Of a stretch of DNA of 64,000 nt, positions 51,983-59,789 are shown piece by piece. The notes beneath the pieces are model-generated. The model was not told the DNA's origin. It was given only the letters and a program-made list of their open reading frames with translations, and did no database searches. How positions within the stretch are numbered: position 1 is the stretch's first letter; the number at the start of each line of letters is the position of its first letter. A program made the position numbers and the translations under genes. Origin of the DNA: an uncultured Eubacteriales bacterium (GTDB taxonomy: Bacteria > Actinomycetota > Coriobacteriia > Anaerosomatales > PHET01); assembly GCA_964607705.1 (NCBI GenBank), contig CAZSLI010000001.1:56193-120192 (forward strand). Reading direction: 5' to 3'.

Positions 51983-53599
51983 ATGGCCGACGAACCGGCT
52001 GCCGCCTGTCCTGCCCCCGCCGCTCCAAGCGGCCGCACAGCCGCTCTGGAGATGCGCCACATAACCAAGCGCTTCCCAGGCGTGCTTGCCAACAACGACG
52101 TCTCCCTGGCGGTTGCCGGCGGGGAGGTCGTCGCGCTTCTCGGCGAGAACGGTGCCGGGAAATCTACGCTCATGAACGTCGCTTACGGCTTGCTCGACGC
52201 AGATGAGGGCGAGATAGCCGTAAACGGCGAAGTGGTGAAGATCAAGAGACCACGCGATGCGATCGCGCTTCACATCGGCATGGTTCACCAACACTTCATG
52301 CTCGTGGAACCGCTCACGGTCACTGAGAACATCGTCCTCGGTCTCGAGCCCACCATCCGCGGTGGAGTCCTGGACATGCGGACGGCCCGCGCGCGCGTCG
52401 CCGAGCTATCCTCGCGCTACGGTCTGCGAGTCGACCCCGACGAACGGGTCTCAAACCTGTCCGTGGGTATGCAGCAGCGAGTCGAGATCCTCAAGGCGCT
52501 GTACCGTGATGCGAACATACTCATCCTCGACGAGCCCACCGCGGTCCTTACTCCGCAGGAAGTCCGTGAACTCTTCGACATCGTGAAGGGCCTTGTATCC
52601 GAGGGCCTGGCCGTGGTCATCATCACGCACAAGCTCGATGAGGTCATGATGTTCTCCGACCGCATCGTGGTCATGCGGGCGGGTGCTGTGGTGGGGGAGA
52701 CCACTCCGTCGAGCTGTAGCGAAGCCGATCTCGCACGGATGATGGTGGGCCGAGATGTCGTATTGGACATCCACAAAGAGCCTGCGAAGCCGGGAAAGAC
52801 CGTGCTCGAGGTACGCGACCTCAAGGTGATCGACGAACGCAAGCTCGAGGCGCTCCGAGGCGTCAGCCTGCAAGTGCACGAAGGCGAGATCGTTGGGATA
52901 GCCGGAGTCGACGGAAACGGCCAGCGCGAGTTGGTCGAGGCGGTCATGGGACTGCGTCACCCATCCTCTGGCTCGATCCACCTCAACGATCGCGATATCA
53001 CACACGACAAGCCGGACGCGACGATAGATGCCGGCGTTTCGCACGTGCCGGAAGACCGCCATCGCCGCGGACTGGTGCTGGAGTTCGATCTGGTCGAGAA
53101 CCTTACCTTGGGCGACCACCGGCATCCGCCGCTCTCGAAGCTTGGTGTCCTCGACCGCAAGATGATGGAGAGCGTGGCGCAGGAGCGCATCCGCGATTAC
53201 GACGTCCGCACGCCTTCGGCTCACGTCGCCGCAGCCAACCTGTCGGGCGGCAACCAGCAGAAGCTCGTTCTGGCCCGTGAGCTGGGACGCGACCCCGACC
53301 TGCTCGTGGCCGCACAGCCGACACGCGGGCTCGACGTCGGCGCCATCGAGTTCGTCCACCGCCGAATCCTGGCCGCACGCGATTCGGGCAAGGCGGTGCT
53401 TCTCGTCAGCATGGAGCTTGAAGAAGTCATGTCGCTCTCGGACCGCATACTTGTCATGTATGAGGGCTCTGTGGTCGCCGAGTTCTCCGCAGGAGACTTC
53501 GATGAGGAGCGGATCGGCTACTTCATGACGGGCGGCAAGGGGAGCCAGGAAGAGATGCGTCCGGCGAGCAAGCCACACGAGGGGGGCCTGAATGTCTGA
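51983..53599 (+). CDS. ABC transporter ATP-binding protein (duplicated ATPase, sugar/nucleoside type)
   Basis: Two nucleotide-binding domains. The first has GENGAGKST, LSVGMQQRVEI and ILILDEPT. The second has GVDGNGQ, LSGGNQQK and a Walker-B-position segment DLLVAAQPTRGLDVG. Confidence 0.9.
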   Translation: MADEPAAACPAPAAPSGRTAALEMRHITKRFPGVLANNDVSLAVAGGEVVALLGENGAGKSTLMNVAYGLLDADEGEIAVNGEVVKIKRPRDAIALHIGMVHQHFMLVEPLTVTENIVLGLEPTIRGGVLDMRTARARVAELSSRYGLRVDPDERVSNLSVGMQQRVEILKALYRDANILILDEPTAVLTPQEVRELFDIVKGLVSEGLAVVIITHKLDEVMMFSDRIVVMRAGAVVGETTPSSCSEADLARMMVGRDVVLDIHKEPAKPGKTVLEVRDLKVIDERKLEALRGVSLQVHEGEIVGIAGVDGNGQRELVEAVMGLRHPSSGSIHLNDRDITHDKPDATIDAGVSHVPEDRHRRGLVLEFDLVENLTLGDHRHPPLSKLGVLDRKMMESVAQERIRDYDVRTPSAHVAAANLSGGNQQKLVLARELGRDPDLLVAAQPTRGLDVGAIEFVHRRILAARDSGKAVLLVSMELEEVMSLSDRILVMYEGSVVAEFSAGDFDEERIGYFMTGGKGSQEEMRPASKPHEGGLNV

Positions 53600-54749
53600 C
53601 GCCAGCACGCGCCAGGTCGACCCGTCGATGGTCCCCGGGGGCGCGCCGGACACTCCCGAGAAGCGTTTCGCGCTCGAGCAGGAGCAGATCCAGCGCGCGA
53701 TACGCATCGCCACGCCGTTCATCTCGGTAGCCATCGCGATGATCATCGGCTCGATCATCATGCTGGCGACCGGAAAGGACCCGGTCGCGGCCTACAGCGC
53801 CATGTTCACCGGAGCCTTCGGTGGTCCCCGGCAGATCGGCGAGACGCTCATGCGGGCCACGCCGCTGATCTTCACGGGCCTCGCCGTCGCCTACGGCTTC
53901 CGATCGGGCTTGTTCAACATCGGTGCCGAAGGCCAGCTGTTCATGGGCGGGCTCGCGGCCGCATTCTTCGGCATCGCTCTCGCCGGCCTGCCGTGGGGTA
54001 TCGCCGCGCCGCTCGTACTGATCTTCGCGGCGCTCGCGGGCGCCGCTTGGGCGTTCGGCCCCGCGATCATGAAGGCGAAGATCGGCGCACACGAGGTCAT
54101 CACCACGATGATGTTCTCTTACATAGCGCGGTACTTGGTGTCCTGGATCGTCACCGGCCCACTCAAGGCCAAGGGCCAGATCCCGCAGACGGTGCAACTA
54201 CCGCCTGAAACAAGACTCCCGCGAATCTCCGACCTCCTTCCGTTCATCGGCGCAAACAGGGCTCACCTCGGGATCATTCTCGGGATCGTAGTCGCGATCA
54301 TCGTGTGGTGGGTGCTCAAGTACACAGTCATGGGCTACGAGGCCAGGGCCGTCGGCTTCAACCCCTCCGCTGCCGAGAACGCCGGCATCTCGGTCGCCTC
54401 GACCACCGTCAAGTCGCTCTGTACTTCGGGAGCGCTTGCAGGTCTGGCGGGCGCTGTCGAGGTGATGGGCGTTCATTGGAGGTTGTTCGACCAATTCTCG
54501 TCCGGCTTCGGCTTCACCGGTATCGCGGTTGCGCTGCTTGCGAAGAACAACCCGATCGGTGTCATTGCAGCCGCCATCCTGTTCGGTGCGCTGTCGGCCG
54601 GAGCGGGTACGATGCAGCTCGAAGCGGGCGTCTCACAGAAGCTGATCGCGATCCTGCAGGGACTGATCATCTTCTTGGTTGGAGCCGAGACCATCGTCAC
54701 GTGGGCTGTGGCCAGGATGCGGAGGAAAGGAGGCGCCGATGCTGTCTGA
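53592..54749 (+). CDS. ABC transporter permease
   Basis: 385 aa, polytopic, with FNIGAEGQ, typical of the BMP-associated permease family. It overlaps the ATPase stop by 8 nt. Confidence 0.85.
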   Translation: MSDASTRQVDPSMVPGGAPDTPEKRFALEQEQIQRAIRIATPFISVAIAMIIGSIIMLATGKDPVAAYSAMFTGAFGGPRQIGETLMRATPLIFTGLAVAYGFRSGLFNIGAEGQLFMGGLAAAFFGIALAGLPWGIAAPLVLIFAALAGAAWAFGPAIMKAKIGAHEVITTMMFSYIARYLVSWIVTGPLKAKGQIPQTVQLPPETRLPRISDLLPFIGANRAHLGIILGIVVAIIVWWVLKYTVMGYEARAVGFNPSAAENAGISVASTTVKSLCTSGALAGLAGAVEVMGVHWRLFDQFSSGFGFTGIAVALLAKNNPIGVIAAAILFGALSAGAGTMQLEAGVSQKLIAILQGLIIFLVGAETIVTWAVARMRRKGGADAV

Positions 54750-55695
54750 GATCCTCACTCCTGAGCTCTTCGCCTCCGCGGTCAGGCTGGCCACTCCCAT
54801 TGCCCTGGCTGCGGTCGGCGCGACCATCTGTGAGCGGTCGGGTGTCGTCAATATCGCGATGGAGGGCCTCATGCTGGTGGGCGCCTTCTTCGGCGTGACC
54901 GTCGCCCTGCTCACCGGCAACACCTGGCTCGGCGTTCTTGGCGCTCTCACCAGCGCCATCATCTTCTCCGCGCTTCACGCGTGGGCGTCGATCAACCTCA
55001 GGTCCGACCAGGTCATCTCGGGCACGGCGATCAACATATTGGCCGTTGGGATCACAGGCTTCCTCATGGAGACGATCTTCGGCCACCCCGGAACCACCGA
55101 CTCAGTGGAGCGCCTCAAGCCGGTGTTCAACTTCCCGACCGGTGGACAGGGGCTGCTGGGCACGATCTGGCACTGGATCGATGTGATGTTCTTCAGCTAC
55201 ACGCCGATCGTCTACATCGGCATCTTCTCCGCGATCTTCCTCACGTGGGCGCTGTATCGGACCCGCTGGGGGCTTCGTCTGCGCGCACTGGGCGAGCACC
55301 CGCGAGCGGCGGATACCGTCGGCGTGGGGGTCTATAAGGGCCGCTGGGTGGCAGTACTCATGTCGGGGCTGATGGCCGGGCTCGCCGGCGCCAATCTCAC
55401 ACTCGAGCAGGTCGGCTCCTTCACCGAGAACATGATCAACGGTCGCGGGTTCATCGCGCTGGCCGCCATGATCTTCGGCCGCTGGATACCTGGCGGCGCG
55501 TACCTCGCGTCGCTGCTGTTCGGCTTCGCGGACGCGCTGCAGCTCAAACTGCAGTTGTTCTCGGACCAGATCGCTATCCCGCGCCAGTTCTTCCTCATGC
55601 TGCCGTACGTGATCACCGTTCTCGTTCTTGCGGGTGTCGTGGGCAAGGCGGTTGCACCGGCCGCCGACGGCAAGCCGTATAAGGAGAAGGGCTAG
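54739..55695 (+). CDS. ABC transporter permease
   Basis: MLSEILTPELFASAVRLATPIALAAVGATICERSGVVNIAMEG. ATG 54739 after GGAGGAAAGGAGG. The 54679 extension was rejected. Confidence 0.85.
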   Translation: MLSEILTPELFASAVRLATPIALAAVGATICERSGVVNIAMEGLMLVGAFFGVTVALLTGNTWLGVLGALTSAIIFSALHAWASINLRSDQVISGTAINILAVGITGFLMETIFGHPGTTDSVERLKPVFNFPTGGQGLLGTIWHWIDVMFFSYTPIVYIGIFSAIFLTWALYRTRWGLRLRALGEHPRAADTVGVGVYKGRWVAVLMSGLMAGLAGANLTLEQVGSFTENMINGRGFIALAAMIFGRWIPGGAYLASLLFGFADALQLKLQLFSDQIAIPRQFFLMLPYVITVLVLAGVVGKAVAPAADGKPYKEKG

Positions 55696-55699
55696 CCGA

Positions 55700-55972
55700 G
55701 TGACCGCGCGCCAGGTGGTTGTCGCGGCGGAGTGGTCCGCGACGTGGGCTGTCGGCGTCGCAATGGGAGTTGCAGCGGGCGCCTACCTGACGGTGGTAGG
55801 CGCATCTGGTGCGCCCGGCGCCGGTGCGCTGGGAACGACCGAGCTCGTCATGCTACCGCTGGCTGCCGGCGTGTTGGTCTTCGTCGTCTCTCTGCTGGTC
55901 AGGGTTATCCTGGGCCTCTTCACGGCGCGCCATGAACCGGAGCCATGCGATGAGGCCGAATCCAACCGCTAG
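55700..55972 (+). CDS. possible small membrane protein (90 aa), uncertain
   Basis: GTG 55700 follows AAGGAGAAGGG. Two hydrophobic helices. GC3 is no higher than GC1 by my hand count. It overlaps a convergent ORF by 120 nt. Confidence 0.3.
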   Translation: MTARQVVVAAEWSATWAVGVAMGVAAGAYLTVVGASGAPGAGALGTTELVMLPLAAGVLVFVVSLLVRVILGLFTARHEPEPCDEAESNR

Positions 55973-56113
55973 GGCTGCTGCGGCGAGTGCGTCGGAAGGT
56001 AAGTCGGGGCTGAAGTCACCGCCCCGCTCCACGAGTGCCCTGAAGATGTAGGCGGCGCCCACCACGGCGAGCGCCGCCCACATCGGTATCTTGATGTTCA
56101 GCCGGGATAGCAT
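55853..56113 (-). CDS. possible small membrane protein (86 aa)
   Basis: The ATG directly abuts the stop of the upstream DUF4349 gene (TAGATG). Two TM helices. In the non-overlapping part, my hand count gives GC3 about 81% versus GC1 about 66%, which is coding-like. Confidence 0.4.
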   Translation of the reverse strand: MLSRLNIKIPMWAALAVVGAAYIFRALVERGGDFSPDLPSDALAAAALAVGFGLIAWLRFMARREEAQDNPDQQRDDEDQHAGSQR

Positions 56114-57142
56114 CTACTCCGTGGATCCTTCTTCGTCGTCAGGGGCGACGGACGCCGCGTCCGGCAACGTGGCCTTCGGCCGGCGCCGGTGAAGCAACCA
56201 ACGAACGGCGAGCCACACAAGCAGTGCCAGTAGCAGCAAGGGCGCTACGGCGATGACGAATGTCAGCAGCCCCGTCACGACGGCCGCTGCACCCTGGATC
56301 CCTCGGCGGATCGCGTCTGCGAAGCCCCAGTCGGCGCCGCCCGACGACACCACGGGCCCGGGCTCATACAGTGTCAGGGTGAGCGTCGCCATCGCGGCCT
56401 GACGCTCGAGGTAGTCGACCTGCGCCTGCATGGCTTCGATCTCTCCTCGCACGCGCGCAAGCTCACGCTCGACCTCGAGCAGCTCGCTGACCTTGTTGGT
56501 CTTGGTCAGGAACGCGCGGAGCCGGGCCTCCTCGGCTTTCAGGTTCTTCAGGCGCGCGGAGAGGTCGATGTACTCCTGGGTCACGTCGTCGGCGGACACC
56601 GACTGCGACAGCACCTTGCCGGTCTTGGCGAGCTGCTGCTGGAGAGTATCGAGCTTCTCGGCCGGCACTCGGAGGGTGATCCATCCCGTGGCCGGCGATG
56701 GCACTGCGGCCTCACCCAGCGGTCGGGGTCCGGCATTGTCACCCGAAGTGATGCTGAGCTGCGTGACCTGCGCGCCCACGACTGCCGCGATCCTGCGGAC
56801 GGAGGCGACTGCGTCCTCCATGGATCGCACGCGTACCTCCATCGCGGCGTTTCGTACGACCATCGGGTCGACACCTGCTGCTGTCGGTGCAGCCTTCGCG
56901 TCCATCGTGGGGGACTGGGCGGCAGCGTCGTACGCCTCGGTGGACTTGAGCGACGAGCGTTCGCCTTCAGGTACGCCCATGACTCCGGCTGTGGCCCCGC
57001 CGGAGGAGTAGGCGCTCTGGGACGTTGATCCGCCCGGCCCCCAGCCGAAGATCAGCGCTCCGATCGCGAAGCCAAGGCCGGCGATGACCAGCCCCCCGGC
57101 AGCGATTGCTATCCAGCGTCCCGCTCGCCTGCGTTCCATCAT
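56114..57142 (-). CDS. DUF4349 domain membrane protein
   Basis: N-terminal TM helix, a central region with ITLRVPAEKLDTLQQQLAKTGKVLSQSVSADDVTQEYIDLSARLKNLKAEEARL, and a C-terminal TM helix. RBS GAGGAG. Confidence 0.75.
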   Translation of the reverse strand: MMERRRAGRWIAIAAGGLVIAGLGFAIGALIFGWGPGGSTSQSAYSSGGATAGVMGVPEGERSSLKSTEAYDAAAQSPTMDAKAAPTAAGVDPMVVRNAAMEVRVRSMEDAVASVRRIAAVVGAQVTQLSITSGDNAGPRPLGEAAVPSPATGWITLRVPAEKLDTLQQQLAKTGKVLSQSVSADDVTQEYIDLSARLKNLKAEEARLRAFLTKTNKVSELLEVERELARVRGEIEAMQAQVDYLERQAAMATLTLTLYEPGPVVSSGGADWGFADAIRRGIQGAAAVVTGLLTFVIAVAPLLLLALLVWLAVRWLLHRRRPKATLPDAASVAPDDEEGSTE

Positions 57143-57170
57143 GGTCTCCTCAAGTCAGCCCTTAACGAAA

Positions 57171-57198
57171 GACGCCCTCGGCTTGAGCGGAGGGCGTC
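57171..57198 (-). terminator. stem-loop terminator after the 57-aa ORF
   Basis: GACGCCCTC-N10-GAGGGCGTC forms a 9-bp stem. On the minus strand it is followed by TTTCGTT. Confidence 0.5.
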
Positions 57199-57224
57199 GG
57201 TCGTAGACAGGCATGTGTGGAACG

Positions 57225-57398
57225 CTAGAGCTCGCTGGCGCGCTGGTCCCCAAGATCGATGGTGGAAACAGCGATGTCAGCCTCGCGCTTCTTGAGCACG
57301 CTCGCTGCGTAGGCGCCGAGAGCGACACCGATCGCCACGCACACGAAGAACGCGAGTATGAGCACGTTCACGACGGCCGCAGGCCAGTTGGCGGTCAT
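57225..57398 (-). CDS. small membrane protein, 57 aa (below ORF-track cutoff)
   Basis: My translation is MTANWPAAVVNVLILAFFVCVAIGVALGAYAASVLKKREADIAVSTIDLGDQRASEL. GGAGGTGA lies upstream and a TAGAAT further upstream on the same strand. A terminator lies downstream. Confidence 0.5.
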   Translation of the reverse strand: MTANWPAAVVNVLILAFFVCVAIGVALGAYAASVLKKREADIAVSTIDLGDQRASEL

Positions 57399-57438
57399 AG
57401 AAGTCGTTCACCTCCGGGTAGGCGGGGAATGCTGCCTG

Positions 57439-57444
57439 ATTCTA
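57439..57444 (-). promoter_or_regulatory. -10 hexamer TAGAAT (minus strand) for the 57-aa ORF
   Basis: The plus strand reads ATTCTA at 57439-57444, i.e. TAGAAT on the minus strand, about 40 nt upstream of ATG 57398. Confidence 0.35.
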
Positions 57445-57698
57445 CTCCCACCGTTCGCCGTGGGGCAATGGACTTCCTTCCTTACTGCGGCTACTGCGCC
57501 TGTCAAACCGGCGACCGGATCGCCCGGTGCCAGTTCTTAGGACGTCTCAAGTCGCAGGATGGTTCGAGGCAGCCCGTTCGATATCCGCCATGTGGGCCAC
57601 GTCCGGTGAACCGCCCCCAGTGACGGGCCATGGGCATCGACGGTGTGCGCCGAAGGTCATCGAGTGGTCCACTGGTGTGATGAAATCCCATGAAAGTA

Positions 57699-57730
57699 TT
57701 GCGCAGTGGGATGAAGTGGCATAAAGTGCA
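57699..57730 (+). promoter_or_regulatory. mraZ promoter with three 10-bp-phased MraZ-box-like direct repeats
   Basis: AGTGGG (57705), AGTGGC (57715) and AGTGCA (57725) have exact 10-nt periodicity. They overlap TTGCGC (57699-57704) and TAAAGT (57722-57727). Confidence 0.55.
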
Positions 57731-57797
57731 GTGCGGAGGGAGGGGGCATCGAATTTCGAAGTCCTCTCGAAACAACCGCAAGGGAGGCGTCAGAGAC

Positions 57798-58232
57798 ATG
57801 TTTCTCGGCGATCACCAGCACACGCTGGACGCCAAGGGACGAGTCTCGCTGCCTGCAAAGTTCCGGGCGGAGATGACCGGCAAGATCGTCGTGGCCAAGG
57901 GCCTCGAGAACTGCCTGTACGTCTACCCGGCCGAGGACTACAAGCGGTTCACCGACAGCCTGCTCGCGGGATCCGACTTCGATCCTCGCAAGCGTCAGGT
58001 GCGTCGGTTCTTCATGGCAGGCGCCGACGAGGTCGAGCTCGACTCGGCCGGCCGCGTCTCCCTGAAGCCCGGACTGCGCGAGTGGGCGGGGCTCACGAAG
58101 GATGTCACGGTCGCCGGCAACGGGGACCGCATCGAGATCTGGGACGCCGAGAAGTGGGCGGCCTACAACGGTGAGACCGCTACCGACATCGAAAGCCTCA
58201 CTCAGGAGCTGGCGAACGCCGGTCTCCTCTAG
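57798..58232 (+). CDS. mraZ: transcriptional regulator MraZ
   Basis: MFLGDHQHTLDAKGRVSLPAKFR and a second SpoVT/AbrB-like repeat, ELDSAGRVSLKPGLREWAGL. ATG 57798 after GGGAGG. Confidence 0.9.
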   Translation: MFLGDHQHTLDAKGRVSLPAKFRAEMTGKIVVAKGLENCLYVYPAEDYKRFTDSLLAGSDFDPRKRQVRRFFMAGADEVELDSAGRVSLKPGLREWAGLTKDVTVAGNGDRIEIWDAEKWAAYNGETATDIESLTQELANAGLL

Positions 58233-58235
58233 GGA

Positions 58236-59189
58236 TTGACAATGGAATACCGGCACACCCCAGTTTTGCTGGCCGAGGTCACGCAGCAACTATCATTGCA
58301 CCCCGGTTCGATCGTCGTAGATTGCACCTTAGGCGGGGCAGGACACGCGACAAAGCTTGCAGACCTCATTGCTCCCACCGGCACGCTGGTGGGGATCGAC
58401 CAAGATGACCAGGCACTAGAAGCAGCAGCAGTCACACTACGCCTCGGCCAGCAAACCCCTGCGCGGACGGTACTACTCAAGGGGAACTTCGGTGACCTCG
58501 ACGACTTGCTCGTCGAGGCGAAGGTTCCCTACGTCGATGGCTTCCTCATGGACCTTGGCGTTTCGTCCCCGCAGATAGACGTCGTCGAGAGGGGCTTCTC
58601 CTTCAAGGAGGACGCACCCCTGGACATGCGGATGGACCCGGGTCACCAGACCCAAACCGCAGCAGAGGTCATCGCAGCCTACACCGAAGCAGACCTCGCC
58701 CGGATCTTCCGTATTTACGGTGAGGAACGGTGGGCCTCGCGCATCGCAGCATTCATCGTAGCCGCGCGAGCCCGCCGCCCCATCGAGACCACCGGCCAGC
58801 TCGTTGACGTCATCAAGGCGGCGATCCCCGCGTCCGCGAGGCGGAGTGGGGGGCACCCGGCCAAGAAGGTCTTTCAGGCCCTCCGCATCGAGGTCAACGA
58901 CGAGCTCGGCGCCTTGGATCGCGGACTGCGAGCGGCCATCCGCTGGCTGGCGCCTGGCGGCAGGATCGCGGTGATCAGCTATCACTCGCTCGAGGACCGC
59001 CTGGTCAAAGGCATCTTCAATGAGAACGGCGAGGGGTGTACGTGTCCACCAGGCCTTCCGGTCTGCACCTGTGGCCACCAGCCGGTACTCCGCATACGGA
59101 CGAGACGCGCCATCGTGCCCGGATCGGACGAGATCGAGAGAAACCCGCGCGCGCGGAGCGCGAAGTTGCGGGTCGCCGAGAAGCTCTAG
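58236..59189 (+). CDS. rsmH: 16S rRNA (cytosine1402-N4)-methyltransferase RsmH
   Basis: HTPVLLAEV, VDCTLGGAGHA, DLGVSSPQID, SYHSLEDR. The start is TTG 58236 or ATG 58242. Confidence 0.9.
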   Translation: MTMEYRHTPVLLAEVTQQLSLHPGSIVVDCTLGGAGHATKLADLIAPTGTLVGIDQDDQALEAAAVTLRLGQQTPARTVLLKGNFGDLDDLLVEAKVPYVDGFLMDLGVSSPQIDVVERGFSFKEDAPLDMRMDPGHQTQTAAEVIAAYTEADLARIFRIYGEERWASRIAAFIVAARARRPIETTGQLVDVIKAAIPASARRSGGHPAKKVFQALRIEVNDELGALDRGLRAAIRWLAPGGRIAVISYHSLEDRLVKGIFNENGEGCTCPPGLPVCTCGHQPVLRIRTRRAIVPGSDEIERNPRARSAKLRVAEKL

Positions 59190-59219
59190 CGGGTCGAGCG
59201 CCCGCATCGAACGAGGGAG

Positions 59220-59789
59220 GTGTGGGATATGGGTCTGCCGGCGGTCAAGCATGAGAGCCGAGCCCCCCGTACTCCGCGCCTCACCGTAGTACGTTCCTCA
59301 GCACGCAAGGCCCCGAAGCGTTCGCCTCGCGTATCGCGCGAGATCGCACAGCGCAACTTCCGCCTGTTCGGACTCTGCGTCGCCATAGTCTCGGCGCTCG
59401 GCATGGGCCGCGTCTGGTTGTCGGTTCAGGCCGTGGAGGCGTCGATGGATGCCAACAAGCTGCGTGACTCGATCAAAACCGAGCGCTACGAAGGCGACAT
59501 GCTCGAGGTTCGCCAGAGTGCGCTCGGGTCGCCATCTCGCATCCAGGCCATCGCGGGCCGTGCGCTCGGGATGGCTCCCGCGTCCAAGGTCACCTACCTG
59601 GATCTCACCAAGGCTGATAAGAGGCCGAAGAAGGTCGCCGTGCAGGCGACGCCAGCTCCCGCGGTGGCCAAGGCCAGCGTGGGCAGCGGCTCGGGGTTCG
59701 ACTCGGCGATTGCCCGCGTAATGGACCTGACCGCCGGTGAGGCGCAGGTCCTGTTGGTCGGCGATGTCGGGCTCGCGTCGTCACGCTGA
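59220..59789 (+). CDS. ftsL: cell division protein FtsL-like (septum formation initiator)
   Basis: Basic N-terminus, a single TM helix (FRLFGLCVAIVSALGMGRVWL), then a coiled-coil (EASMDANKLRDSIKTERYEGDMLEVRQ). Position is between rsmH and ftsI. Confidence 0.6.
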   Translation: MWDMGLPAVKHESRAPRTPRLTVVRSSARKAPKRSPRVSREIAQRNFRLFGLCVAIVSALGMGRVWLSVQAVEASMDANKLRDSIKTERYEGDMLEVRQSALGSPSRIQAIAGRALGMAPASKVTYLDLTKADKRPKKVAVQATPAPAVAKASVGSGSGFDSAIARVMDLTAGEAQVLLVGDVGLASSR

